In this document: piece after piece, positions 36,723-45,962 of the stretch
Layout: the number at the start of each line of letters is the position of its first letter
Position numbering within the stretch: the first letter of the stretch is position 1
Source of the DNA: a virus
IMG/VR virus record: IMGVR_UViG_3300035698_017305
Span: 68,814 to 132,813 of that record
DNA length: 64,000 nt
Reading direction: 5' to 3' (one strand)
Translations under genes and position numbers: made by a program
Notes under the pieces: model-generated
The model's input: the letters and a program-made list of their open reading frames with translations, nothing else
The model's database searches: none
Told to the model about the DNA's origin: nothing

Positions 36723-38000
36723 TTACTCCTTAAGGGGGTTGGGGGCATCTTTACCCCATCTGATACCCACAACTTGTCCTGTGTCCGTGTTAGCTACCAC
36801 GCCAAACCAAGCCCACTTAGCCGCTTCCACATCCAGGACACTACCGGCCAGTAAGTCCATAGATATAGCTAGCTGCTCAAAGAATACCTCTGGGTTAGCT
36901 GCGCTGAACGGTAGGGATGTTACCTTTCCCTGTAGAGAATCTTCAATATCTCTCCCTTTCATCATACGTCCATAACACACTACGATCTCGGGTGGGGCCG
37001 TGTTTGCAATGCCGAACATATTCGGTATAGGTGCCCCACTAGTACCTTGTAGGTTCCGGACGGCAGCACTGACCTTATCGTAGTTGGATAGTGCTACTTT
37101 AACAGCACTCTTCTTAAGTTCCGACTCATCAAAGGGTTCGACAGTCTTTTGCTCAATGACGTTTATGTCCTCCATACCTTCACAGTCCAATTTGAACATT
37201 CCGCTCTCTTCGTCGTAGTAGCCCGACAGAACCTCTGGTTCACTTGGGTGGTCCTCGACGAAATTCATAAACATGGCATCAGGCTCTGCTGGAGTTAAGG
37301 GCTCAGAAAGGAAAGCCAGCAAATTCGAAAAAGTGGCCCTATTTTTGTCCTCGCGCACGAGGCCGGATTCTTCATCCACAGAGCTCCTTGTCACTTCCTT
37401 GATGTGGGGCTTGAAGTCTGGGTCAGACGGGTTTACCACTAACACCCTATGGGGGTCTATGCGGATTTGCCGTGGGGCTTTCCTCTGATTGTCCAGCATC
37501 TCCTGAACTCTTCGTTGCCGTTCTAGGTTCCATCGGTCCACTTGTGCATCCAGGTCTTTTGGTAACTGTCCTTGTTTCACCAACGAGTCTATAAAAGCTT
37601 GCTGGGAGATATCGGTCATAGCGTCCACTTCATACCCTTTTGGGTTAGGGCACCCGGCTGGAATAGGGACTTTGAACGATACCGCTGGTTCGGTCGCAGG
37701 GTACGTTTCATCTTCTATCTCGATCAACAACAGGATTCCATACCCGATGAAGTCCATGATGGTGTCGATCTCGGACTCGTTTTCCAGACCTGCATCATTT
37801 AGTGCCTCCAGATTCCCTCTGCTAAGCCTAGACAGCTTATGGTCGATCTGTGCCCTGATCCGTTCTTTTGCCGAAATGTGGCTAAACACCATTAGAGGCG
37901 CTGTTGCCGAGTTACCATAACTCTTGTTCTTCGCCAATAGCAGTGCTTTGATCTCATCGCATTTATTCGCTATGGCTGTTTGTGCAGCTTCGTCTTTCAT
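36723..38000 (-). CDS. DUF1599 (nucleotide-modification-associated domain 1)-like N-terminal domain fused to about 330 aa of unknown function
   Basis: LLLAKNKSYGNS...RAQIDHKLSRL...DTIMDFIGYGILLLI is the KNxxYG / DKLxR / DLxGY pattern. Confidence 0.7.
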   Translation of the reverse strand: MKDEAAQTAIANKCDEIKALLLAKNKSYGNSATAPLMVFSHISAKERIRAQIDHKLSRLSRGNLEALNDAGLENESEIDTIMDFIGYGILLLIEIEDETYPATEPAVSFKVPIPAGCPNPKGYEVDAMTDISQQAFIDSLVKQGQLPKDLDAQVDRWNLERQRRVQEMLDNQRKAPRQIRIDPHRVLVVNPSDPDFKPHIKEVTRSSVDEESGLVREDKNRATFSNLLAFLSEPLTPAEPDAMFMNFVEDHPSEPEVLSGYYDEESGMFKLDCEGMEDINVIEQKTVEPFDESELKKSAVKVALSNYDKVSAAVRNLQGTSGAPIPNMFGIANTAPPEIVVCYGRMMKGRDIEDSLQGKVTSLPFSAANPEVFFEQLAISMDLLAGSVLDVEAAKWAWFGVVANTDTGQVVGIRWGKDAPNPLKE

Positions 38001-38308
38001 TGACCACTCCTTGAATTAAGTCTGTATTTCATTGCTTTAGATGGCCGGAAGGTGACTATCACTCTATCCGGTACGTCCACTTCTTCCCCTGTATGGAGGT
38101 TTTTGATCTTACGTCCCTCCCACGTCCTGGGCGTAAACTTGCCAAACCCTCTTATCTCAACAGGGTGCCCTTTTTCCAACTCCCATGAGGCCATATCAAA
38201 GAACCTGTCAATGAGACCTTTGAACAGGCGGTAACGTATCCGCTTCGAATGACCGCCCATCTTTACGAACTCCACTATTCTTTTGGTTATGTCCGCCGAC
38301 GTAGCCAT
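37997..38308 (-). CDS. HU/IHF-family DNA-binding protein
   Basis: VEIRGFGKF...RKIKNLHTGEEVDVPDRVIVTFRPSKAMK; start moved to 38308 (TAATG coupling to the polymerase). Confidence 0.9.
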   Translation of the reverse strand: MATSADITKRIVEFVKMGGHSKRIRYRLFKGLIDRFFDMASWELEKGHPVEIRGFGKFTPRTWEGRKIKNLHTGEEVDVPDRVIVTFRPSKAMKYRLNSRSGQ

Positions 38309-40206
38309 TACTTTGCCTCCGCCCAACTGATGCCATGACTAGGCTCAGCCTCTAAGGGTACGCTGAGGGGCCGGTCAAACAGGTCTTCTTCCATTAACTC
38401 TTGGACCCTGTTCCTGGCCAAACGGATAGTTTCCTCATTATCGTCCACTTCAAACATGAGCTCATCATGTACCTGTAACAGCATGATAGCGCCTAGATCA
38501 GCCAGTATCGGATCATGGGCACAAGCCAGCATTGCTAACTTGGCTATGTCAGCAGCAGAACCTTGGACAACGCTGTTAACCGCTTGTCTCTCCGCTCTGG
38601 CAGCAATACCATGGTTGGAGTCGTTGATGTCCCTGAGTCTCCGATACCTGCCCAGTACGGTTTTGACATACTCATACTTTCTACACTTCCGTCTGGTTGC
38701 GAAGATGTATTTGTGAACGCCAGGGTAGGATCTGAAGTACTTGGCAGTCAGCTCTTTAGCCTCCCCCATTGTGACTTCCCTACCCAAGTCGTCAGTGAGC
38801 TGCTCACCAAGGTGGCGGGGGCCGATCCCGTAGATAAGACCGAAGCCGATAGCCTTGGCAGCTTGCCTCATATCCGTGATCTCTTTATTGTAAGGCTCAC
38901 CGGACTTCTTCTTTTTGACCTCAGCTACAACTGCATCGTAAGGCATGCCCATCATCAGAGAAACTGTGGTGCAGTGGAGGTCGTCACCCCGTTCAATAGC
39001 ACCTATCATAGCGGCATCTCCGGACATGTGAGCCATAATCCTCATCTCAAGCTGAGAGTAGTCACACACAATCAGAACCTTACCTGGAGGGGCCATAAAC
39101 GCGTCACGCAGGTGATACACGTCTGAGGCTGTCCTAGGTATGTTTTGGAGATTAGGGTCCGTAGAGGACAACCTACCCGTCACTGTCCCTGTTTGCTTGA
39201 GAGTGGTGTGGATTCTACCGTCAGAACCCAACCTGTCTATGATGCCATTGACGTAGGTGTTGAGAACCTTGGCTAGCGCCCTATGCTTCAATATCAGTGT
39301 GGCGAACTTGTCCCCACCCGATGCCCATATCGTTAGGTTAGCCTCATCTGTGGATAACTTCTGGGTTTTCCCAGTACGCCTCCCAGGGAGACCGCGCTCA
39401 TCAAAGAACTTGGATAGCTGCACTGAGGATTTGAGATTGAACACCTCTCCAGCCTCTTGGTTGAACATAGCTTCGATATCTTCGATGTCAGCCATCAGCC
39501 TTGGCCGAAGGAAGCGGAGGTAGGCTACGTCTATCCAGATACCCTTACGTTCCATGTCCCATAGGACTTTGGTGAAGGGTACTTCCATGTCTAAGTAGTA
39601 TTCCCACCCATTGGTATTACCGATCTTTATATTGTAGAGTTTGTCCCCAAGTAGCTTCCATAGTGCGTAGGTTGCTGCGGTGTCTGTAGTGGCGTACATA
39701 AGTACTGTCTCTCTTGACGCAGATAACAGTACGGCAGCTTCGGTTTCACCCTTTTTCTTCTTTCTACCATCCCTGTAGAAGGTCGCCTTGAACGATTCCA
39801 TAGGGTAGTCGAAATGGAGGAAGGCTAGGTCTTTCAGACCATGGGGCCTGTTCTCGTCTAGCAGCCAATCCATAACCATAGTGTCATGCACATCTCCTTG
39901 GACCGTTACCCCGGAGTTAGCAAACATGTGCATGTCAAACTTGGCATTGTGCATAATCTTGATTTGATTTGGATCTTCCAATGCTGGCCTAAAGATGTAA
40001 AGAAGCTCTCTAGGTATGCACAGAGAAAAGTCCTCCGTTGTTAGGGACCACAGAACTATCTCATCGGTGGTTGTGTTGATCCCAGTTGTTTCTGTATCGT
40101 AGGCTACATATTTGTAATTGGCTAACTTCTGTAGCCATTGAGTAGCTTCCTCAGCCGTCTCCACGTACCACGCCTCTGGGGCGTCTGGAAGAGTTAGAGC
40201 TGCCAT
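38308..40206 (-). CDS. polA: Family A DNA polymerase with 3'-5' exonuclease and no 5'-3' exonuclease
   Basis: ExoI YDTETTG; ExoII HNAKFD; TGRLSSTDPNLQNIP; motif A DYSQLEMR; motif B KAIGFGLIYG; motif C QVHDEL. Confidence 0.96.
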   Translation of the reverse strand: MAALTLPDAPEAWYVETAEEATQWLQKLANYKYVAYDTETTGINTTTDEIVLWSLTTEDFSLCIPRELLYIFRPALEDPNQIKIMHNAKFDMHMFANSGVTVQGDVHDTMVMDWLLDENRPHGLKDLAFLHFDYPMESFKATFYRDGRKKKKGETEAAVLLSASRETVLMYATTDTAATYALWKLLGDKLYNIKIGNTNGWEYYLDMEVPFTKVLWDMERKGIWIDVAYLRFLRPRLMADIEDIEAMFNQEAGEVFNLKSSVQLSKFFDERGLPGRRTGKTQKLSTDEANLTIWASGGDKFATLILKHRALAKVLNTYVNGIIDRLGSDGRIHTTLKQTGTVTGRLSSTDPNLQNIPRTASDVYHLRDAFMAPPGKVLIVCDYSQLEMRIMAHMSGDAAMIGAIERGDDLHCTTVSLMMGMPYDAVVAEVKKKKSGEPYNKEITDMRQAAKAIGFGLIYGIGPRHLGEQLTDDLGREVTMGEAKELTAKYFRSYPGVHKYIFATRRKCRKYEYVKTVLGRYRRLRDINDSNHGIAARAERQAVNSVVQGSAADIAKLAMLACAHDPILADLGAIMLLQVHDELMFEVDDNEETIRLARNRVQELMEEDLFDRPLSVPLEAEPSHGISWAEAK

Positions 40207-41014
40207 GTATTGTCCTCACTGCCAAGTAGGAGAGTCGGCGTTTGGCCAGTTCTTTCTCTCCGTTGGTGGTGCCCTCCGCTAGGATTAGTGCGGTAGGGCC
40301 GTTAGATGACCCTCCCGCCATGATTAGGCTTGGGTGCACGTTCATAACACCGCAAACCGTTTTAGCGGATACAGGAGCTTCTAGCAGCAACTCCTTACCC
40401 CGCAGTTTTTCGATGTCAAGATCCTCCTCCGGTTCATGCATTCGAACCGGGAATATCAGACCAAATACATATGACCCTGTGACGTAACACCCTCTCTTAC
40501 TAGGGTTCTTACCGGGCCCTAGAACTTTAGCGTCTAAGCTGTGAGCCAGCTTTAGGTAACCTGGGTTAACCGCGATAAACCGTTGTGGATTCAGTGGGAA
40601 CAAGTACACGGTTTCATCCCCAGGACGTATAGACCGCATATACTTCTCAGAGTAGTACATGTCCAGTAGGTTCTTGCCTCTTATGGTGGGACCTTCGTGA
40701 TGGCTATCGAACAACCATGTCAGGAAGGAGTTCGAAGCCACGTTCTCAGGAGCAGGTACATCCCCCACTACGTGTTCTTGCTTTACTTTCTTAGAGTACA
40801 AAGCTTCCCAGCTAATGCCTTTACCCGTGTCTTCATACAACGTCGATAGCTTGGCAAAGTTCTGTCCTAGTACCGGATGATCTTTACCATCGTCAGACAC
40901 TATGACAAAGTGGCCATTAGTAAGGGCTACCCGACCCCCACTGTAAAACAGTTCAGGAGCCGGGGTTAGCCCGGTAATGACTTTCTGGAAGCTAGGAGTT
41001 CCTACTTGCTCCAT
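40151..41014 (-). CDS. Hypothetical protein with possible sliding-clamp-like motifs
   Basis: VALTNGHFVIV, AVNPGYLKLAHSL and FGLIFPVRM resemble DnaN motifs; lies between SSB and polymerase. Confidence 0.35.
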   Translation of the reverse strand: MEQVGTPSFQKVITGLTPAPELFYSGGRVALTNGHFVIVSDDGKDHPVLGQNFAKLSTLYEDTGKGISWEALYSKKVKQEHVVGDVPAPENVASNSFLTWLFDSHHEGPTIRGKNLLDMYYSEKYMRSIRPGDETVYLFPLNPQRFIAVNPGYLKLAHSLDAKVLGPGKNPSKRGCYVTGSYVFGLIFPVRMHEPEEDLDIEKLRGKELLLEAPVSAKTVCGVMNVHPSLIMAGGSSNGPTALILAEGTTNGEKELAKRRLSYLAVRTIHGSSNSSRRPRGVVRGDG

Positions 41015-42228
41015 GGGGGTTTACGCCCGGTTGTCTCTTCCTCTTCAGGGAGCTTCGCTTCATCCTTTGCCTCATCCTTCTTCTCATCGTAGGACTCGTA
41101 GGAGTCGGCTCCGGTCCCTTCTGATGCGGAGAATGGAGTCTCTCTCCACTCAACTCCATACATGATGTCAGCCTGTTTCCGAAGATCCGGGGAAGACAAG
41201 ATGTTGGCGAAGTCGAAGGGACGTCCAAACTTGGTGACGTACTCCATCAGGCTGGCGCACTCAGTGAGATCGGAGTAGAACGGAACGTCAAACTTGGTCA
41301 ACGCTACGTGCTTCTTCATCTCAACGTGTGTCTGTGGCCCATCTCCTGCGCGGATCAGGTACATGATGGTGTTGAACGGGTTCTTCATCTCAGGTTTCTG
41401 ACAAGCATCGCACTCCAGTTCTGCAACCGGGATACCATACTTACCACAGGACTTGCACCTCTGTTCCTGATCACGGAAGGTTTCGATCTCTGCCGCTTCC
41501 CATCCTTCACGGCCCACATCTACCATGGTCTCACCACACTCTGGACACACGAATTCGGTTACCTTGAGGTTTCCGCCGCATGTGCAGAAGTTTCTGAGCT
41601 CCTGATCAATGTCAGCCATGTTGTTGAGGAATGTCGGGCTCAGATTCAGGTAAGCTCTTCTACCAAACCGGAGAGTTTCCGGGTCAGCGTCTTTGGCTTC
41701 CTTCAATGAGATCTGCTGTAGGTTACGGTAGGGTTGGCCATCATCCCTCAAGATGGGCTTTCCACTACGGTCTGTTGCATCCACCCATTGGTAGTTATGG
41801 AGCACAAATGCGTTGATCGCATACCTCCAGTACCTGCCGCTGGTCGTAGCGTTCCCGCCAGTCTTTGCATTGTCCCTCGGGTCACCCTGGATCTCATGAT
41901 CCCAGCAAGCCACGCAAGGCTTACGGTTGAACTCATCGTATCCGCCAGAGCATTCCATTGGTCTGAAATCTCTTGGTCCGGGTCCGAACTTTACGTTGTG
42001 GTACACTTGCCGGAAGTAGGGCTTTAGGTCCCTGTCGTCCATGTCTACAGTGAACTTGCCGTCATCTGCAATCGGGTCAGGATACTCAGCAGGCACCAGG
42101 ATGATTGGGTCTCCTGGATACTCTTTCGTGATCTGGTGCTGATCCCTCCAAGACCCTTTCTTTCCACGCCCTCTCTTTGCGGTGTCTTTCTTAACACTGC
42201 GCCGAAATCCTGTTACTACATTGCTCAT
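41002..42228 (-). CDS. Single-stranded DNA-binding protein (T4 gp32-like) with inserted Zn ribbons and an acidic tail
   Basis: PYFRQVYHNV; CSG...PCVAC; RYWRYAINAFV; AGDGPQTHV; acidic C-terminus; located between primase and polymerase. Confidence 0.65.
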   Translation of the reverse strand: MSNVVTGFRRSVKKDTAKRGRGKKGSWRDQHQITKEYPGDPIILVPAEYPDPIADDGKFTVDMDDRDLKPYFRQVYHNVKFGPGPRDFRPMECSGGYDEFNRKPCVACWDHEIQGDPRDNAKTGGNATTSGRYWRYAINAFVLHNYQWVDATDRSGKPILRDDGQPYRNLQQISLKEAKDADPETLRFGRRAYLNLSPTFLNNMADIDQELRNFCTCGGNLKVTEFVCPECGETMVDVGREGWEAAEIETFRDQEQRCKSCGKYGIPVAELECDACQKPEMKNPFNTIMYLIRAGDGPQTHVEMKKHVALTKFDVPFYSDLTECASLMEYVTKFGRPFDFANILSSPDLRKQADIMYGVEWRETPFSASEGTGADSYESYDEKKDEAKDEAKLPEEEETTGRKPPWSK

Positions 42229-43244
42229 TCTTTTCTCACTCCTTGTTTCGAGTACGTCTTTGCATACTCAAAGTATGTCATTGTGTTCTCAATCGACCAA
42301 TCCAACAGACAAGCATCCTCGAAGTCATCAGGTGCAGATCCTTCGGGAGCTTCCTCTGGGTACCTGCAAGCGCACTTCTTACTTTTCTTCAACCTCTTCA
42401 ACGCCGAGTATGTCCCAGCTCTCCCCGCCACATCGTTATCCAAGAAAAACATCACTAGATCAAACGGCTGTAGGATATCTAATTGAGTACTCGATATCTT
42501 AGCCCCCATAGTACATACCGTGTTCTTGTACCCATGAAGGATCAGCCATAGTGCTTGTTTATACCCTTCTGTGACAATCACCCAGTCAAACACATTCAAG
42601 ACTCGAAAGGCATTCCATAGGTAGTGCGTCTTATCAAACACATACCCTGGGAAGTGTTCCTGCAACTCGGAGTTGTAGAATTTGTACTTCATGTAACCCC
42701 AATCGTCAGGGTCACCCACCACGTCCCTACCTGATATCCCAGCAAGCACTCCTTCCACGTCCCGTATAGGGAAGGTCACCCTCTTGGTCATACGGTCAAA
42801 GCCTATCTCATATTCCCTAAGTAGCTCCTTGGGGAACCCTGCTTCAAGCATACTGGCAGGGCACACATTGTACGCACTAAGGAGAGTCTCAGGTAATGGG
42901 TACTGAGCCGACACATCTGTCACGTCCCTCATTGCCTTAGCCGGTGGGCTCCAACTGGACTCGCCATCAAACCCTTCGGCTATGGAGTCTACAATCTTGG
43001 GGTTAATCCCACACGCATACAGTAGTCTCTTCACATTCCCTGTGGCACCACAGTCCGGGTTGAAACAGCTAAATACTCCATTCAGAGTGTTCACTGAACA
43101 AGACGGTTTTCTCTCGTTACCCCCTTTGTGGAAGGGGCACTTGATCATTACATAGTTTTCACCAGAATGCCTGGGGGACCTGCCTGACTCGCGTAACGCG
43201 GCTATTAGGTCACTTTCTCTTCTTTTTTGGTGTTGGATGGACAT
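42225..43244 (-). CDS. dnaG: DnaG-type DNA primase
   Basis: Zn finger CPFH...SCFNPDCG; FPIRDVEGVLAGISGR; TOPRIM motifs VTEGY and LDNDVAG. Confidence 0.92.
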   Translation of the reverse strand: MSIQHQKRRESDLIAALRESGRSPRHSGENYVMIKCPFHKGGNERKPSCSVNTLNGVFSCFNPDCGATGNVKRLLYACGINPKIVDSIAEGFDGESSWSPPAKAMRDVTDVSAQYPLPETLLSAYNVCPASMLEAGFPKELLREYEIGFDRMTKRVTFPIRDVEGVLAGISGRDVVGDPDDWGYMKYKFYNSELQEHFPGYVFDKTHYLWNAFRVLNVFDWVIVTEGYKQALWLILHGYKNTVCTMGAKISSTQLDILQPFDLVMFFLDNDVAGRAGTYSALKRLKKSKKCACRYPEEAPEGSAPDDFEDACLLDWSIENTMTYFEYAKTYSKQGVRKE

Positions 43245-44646
43245 TGTTTGCTATCTCCGATCTACTTGCGGTCCTCTGGGTGTCGCCTCGTGCTTTCATC
43301 TGTGTCCCGCCTTTGTCTTCCTCATTCTCTGCCACATAGTCGGCTCCTTTATCTTCCACCTTTCGTTCTTTCTTCTTTCTCATCTCAACTTCTTGATCTG
43401 ATAGCATTATTGGACGCTGGTTGGCATCCAGCTTCTGATTGAAATCGTACATAGGCTTTGCATTGATTAAGAAAGCATTAAGCCTAGCTTCTCTTAGGGC
43501 AGTTAGCCACACCACCGCTTCTTGATTTGCTTTATCCAACATAACACGAGCTGCAACGTCTGCATTCTGCAAGAACCCATCACTAAAACTCATGTCATTG
43601 TCCCCGTCACTCCGGTTAGCTTGGTTAGTACCCACAACCGGGATAGCCAGAACCTCTGCCATATCTTTGATATCTTGACAGATGTTGGACATGTTAGACC
43701 ACTTAACCGACCTCTTATTCTCTCTCTCATCTCTGAGATAGTAGATAGGGTCAATGAAAACAATATCCGCTTGGAACTCTTCCGCCTTAGCGCGAATGCC
43801 GGATACTGTCCCACCTCGTTTTACATCCTCTCTATCACTAGTTATCAGCAGTCCCCGTTGGGATGTTCCTCCTGGGTGCCCCAGCTCTTCCACAGCGTCG
43901 AAGAATTCATCTTCTTCAGTGGGTGATAGCTTGCCTCCCTTGAAGGCATCGTATTCAAAACCACAATAACATGCAGCCATACGTCTACGAATCTGTTCGG
44001 GGGGCATTTCTCTAGTGTAGAACAGTACACGCCGGTTATGATGTTTGTACAAATACATAGCCATCCAGTTCATGACCATGGTCTTCATGTTCTTAGGACG
44101 GCCATAGATGACGATGAACTCACCTCTTTGCATACCTAACGTGGCTTCGTTCATCACAGCCCATGGGTAGGGTAGGCCAGTTAGCCCACGGTGTACCTTA
44201 GTATTCTCATACTCCCGTAGCACATCAACCATACTGGTAGCAAAGTCTATATCCTTGTTGGTCTTGCCAGACATGATATTGAACCGAGTGCTGCCTTCAC
44301 TGATTAGGCTTACGGCTTCTTGGGGGTCTGTGGTGGAGGCTAGTTGGGTGGCGAATTCTTCTATCTCTGTCTTCAGTAACTCTTGCCTGATCCTTTCCAT
44401 TAAGGCTGCCAAGCTATCTGTCACTGATCCAGAGAAGGAAAACTTGGGGTAGTCTCGTCTTACCAAATCCATAGAAGGAACTTCCCCGTAATGGGTGCGG
44501 TTCTTAGCATGGTGTTGGATGTATCCGAGTATTGATCTACCTTGGGCGGTAAGCATCTCTTCTGGGCTGAAGCGGAGGTTTTCAACTGCCCTCCAGTCGC
44601 CGGTTTCTATCAGCTTTGAGAGGAACCGTTCATCCAGGGAAGGCAT
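43210..44646 (-). CDS. dnaB: DnaB-like replicative helicase
   Basis: TGLPYPWAVMNEATLGMQRGEFIVIYGRPKNMKT; YTREM; VFIDPIY; KDMAEVLAIPVVGTNQANR; QNADV. Confidence 0.9.
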   Translation of the reverse strand: MPSLDERFLSKLIETGDWRAVENLRFSPEEMLTAQGRSILGYIQHHAKNRTHYGEVPSMDLVRRDYPKFSFSGSVTDSLAALMERIRQELLKTEIEEFATQLASTTDPQEAVSLISEGSTRFNIMSGKTNKDIDFATSMVDVLREYENTKVHRGLTGLPYPWAVMNEATLGMQRGEFIVIYGRPKNMKTMVMNWMAMYLYKHHNRRVLFYTREMPPEQIRRRMAACYCGFEYDAFKGGKLSPTEEDEFFDAVEELGHPGGTSQRGLLITSDREDVKRGGTVSGIRAKAEEFQADIVFIDPIYYLRDERENKRSVKWSNMSNICQDIKDMAEVLAIPVVGTNQANRSDGDNDMSFSDGFLQNADVAARVMLDKANQEAVVWLTALREARLNAFLINAKPMYDFNQKLDANQRPIMLSDQEVEMRKKKERKVEDKGADYVAENEEDKGGTQMKARGDTQRTASRSEIANNVHPTPKKKRK

Positions 44647-44767
44647 ATTTTACTCCTTTCATACAATCGAGGGAGTACAAGCTACAGGTTATGGCGGGTT
44701 TAGTCAAGACAATAAATCTCCGCTCAAAAAGTCTGTATATGTACTATTTTGTTGTCTCATGTTGGTA

Positions 44768-45067
44768 TTATGAAAGGAGTGAATCCGGAATCTCCTCTAT
44801 CACCTCTCTGCCGCCTGTTGTGCTACCACCTGGGTCTTCTACATCTTCACCAAACACTGTTGCCGCCACCTTACCCTCTATGTTAGACAGGAACTCTTGG
44901 ACCGCCTTAGCGGTTTCCCTGTCAAGAGGGGGCATTATTATACCAGAGCCTACAATAACACCATCGCTGTTTAGTAGTCCATATTCTACTGTCAGTGATC
45001 GGTCTGCTTCCATGGCGGCCTTTGTTATCACTAACTTACGGATTCCTGCTCCGCTAGACTCTTTCAT
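44768..45067 (-). CDS. Hypothetical protein (99 aa)
   Basis: In-operon ORF with ATGA coupling. Confidence 0.6.
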   Translation of the reverse strand: MKESSGAGIRKLVITKAAMEADRSLTVEYGLLNSDGVIVGSGIIMPPLDRETAKAVQEFLSNIEGKVAATVFGEDVEDPGGSTTGGREVIEEIPDSLLS

Positions 45068-45498
45068 CGGTGCGGCTTGCGTGCGGACTTGCGTTCAAGC
45101 TCATCCATATGGTCTTGGATAACTGCATCGTTCACTTCGAGCAACTCAGCAGATGCCTCTTGCGCTGCTTCATGAGCGGCATCAATGGCCTCCTTAACGT
45201 TATCTTTGGTTTGACCGCAGGCCAGAGACACAGAGATGCTGACCCCGCTTGTTATGTTGGGCATACCTCCGTATCCTCCCCACCATTTCTTGTCCACGCC
45301 TACAGTTACTCCCGCTTTTCCATCACCTACCAGCTTCGCTAGTTTGTCCATAGCTTTCTCCGTTAGCTCCAGGGCTATGGTGCTTTCAAACACCTTGTAA
45401 CTACCATCGTAGTTCTTCTTCATGACATACCATGCTGCGAATACAGATGGCATCTTTTGATTCACTCTATCCACGTCGTATTGAGGGTTCAACTTCAT
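45064..45498 (-). CDS. Hypothetical protein (144 aa)
   Basis: In-operon ORF; no motif recognised. Confidence 0.6.
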   Translation of the reverse strand: MKLNPQYDVDRVNQKMPSVFAAWYVMKKNYDGSYKVFESTIALELTEKAMDKLAKLVGDGKAGVTVGVDKKWWGGYGGMPNITSGVSISVSLACGQTKDNVKEAIDAAHEAAQEASAELLEVNDAVIQDHMDELERKSARKPHR

Positions 45499-45958
45499 CC
45501 TCCGTCCATGTCATTGTGAGCGCATGCACTAGGTCAGGGGTGTTGAGGGTCCCATCATCCTTTAGTCGTTGGATGAACGCGTCCGCTAGTTCCCTGCTGA
45601 CCGATAGCTTGAGTACACCGCTATCCAAACACTCTTTTAGCAGTGGGCGGCTACCCCAATCAAGTAAGTGCCACAGGAACTTTTCCGCGTTGTACCCTGT
45701 AGAGTACCTTCTGGTGTACCTATAAGGCCCTATCTGTAGAGACTTATCCGCTGTCGTGTGCTTCCACTGATCACCTAGTATCTTGAGTCGGCTTCTAATG
45801 TGGTCATCTACCTCTTCAGATTCCTTGGTAAGGGTATCCAGCTCCTCAAAGATATCGGGGTGCTCATCTTTTGCCGCTTGTTGCAGGTTATTGATCTTAT
45901 TCTGTAGCTCCTTAAACTCCTCCACGAGCTCAGCTACTTGGTCTCTTGAGCCAGACAT
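45467..45958 (-). CDS. Hypothetical protein with an N-terminal coiled coil (weak Gam/Gp157-like architecture)
   Basis: AAGGAG RBS; LVEEFKELQNKINNLQ coiled coil followed by beta strands. Confidence 0.5.
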   Translation of the reverse strand: MSGSRDQVAELVEEFKELQNKINNLQQAAKDEHPDIFEELDTLTKESEEVDDHIRSRLKILGDQWKHTTADKSLQIGPYRYTRRYSTGYNAEKFLWHLLDWGSRPLLKECLDSGVLKLSVSRELADAFIQRLKDDGTLNTPDLVHALTMTWTEDEVEPSIRRG

Positions 45959-45962
45959 GTCG

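Noticed and set aside
38820-38870. Polymerase motif B residue 762 as an unusual lifestyle marker
   Set aside because: KAIGFGLIYG keeps the ordinary Phe at the E. coli 762-equivalent position; only the preceding Asn-to-Gly change differs, which is not informative by itself.
44647-44767. ORF 44616-45122 (+) and the AT-richer gap upstream of dnaB as a separate element
   Set aside because: The ORF is mostly antisense to real genes. The 120-bp gap may hold an internal promoter, but no consensus match or repeat could be supported.
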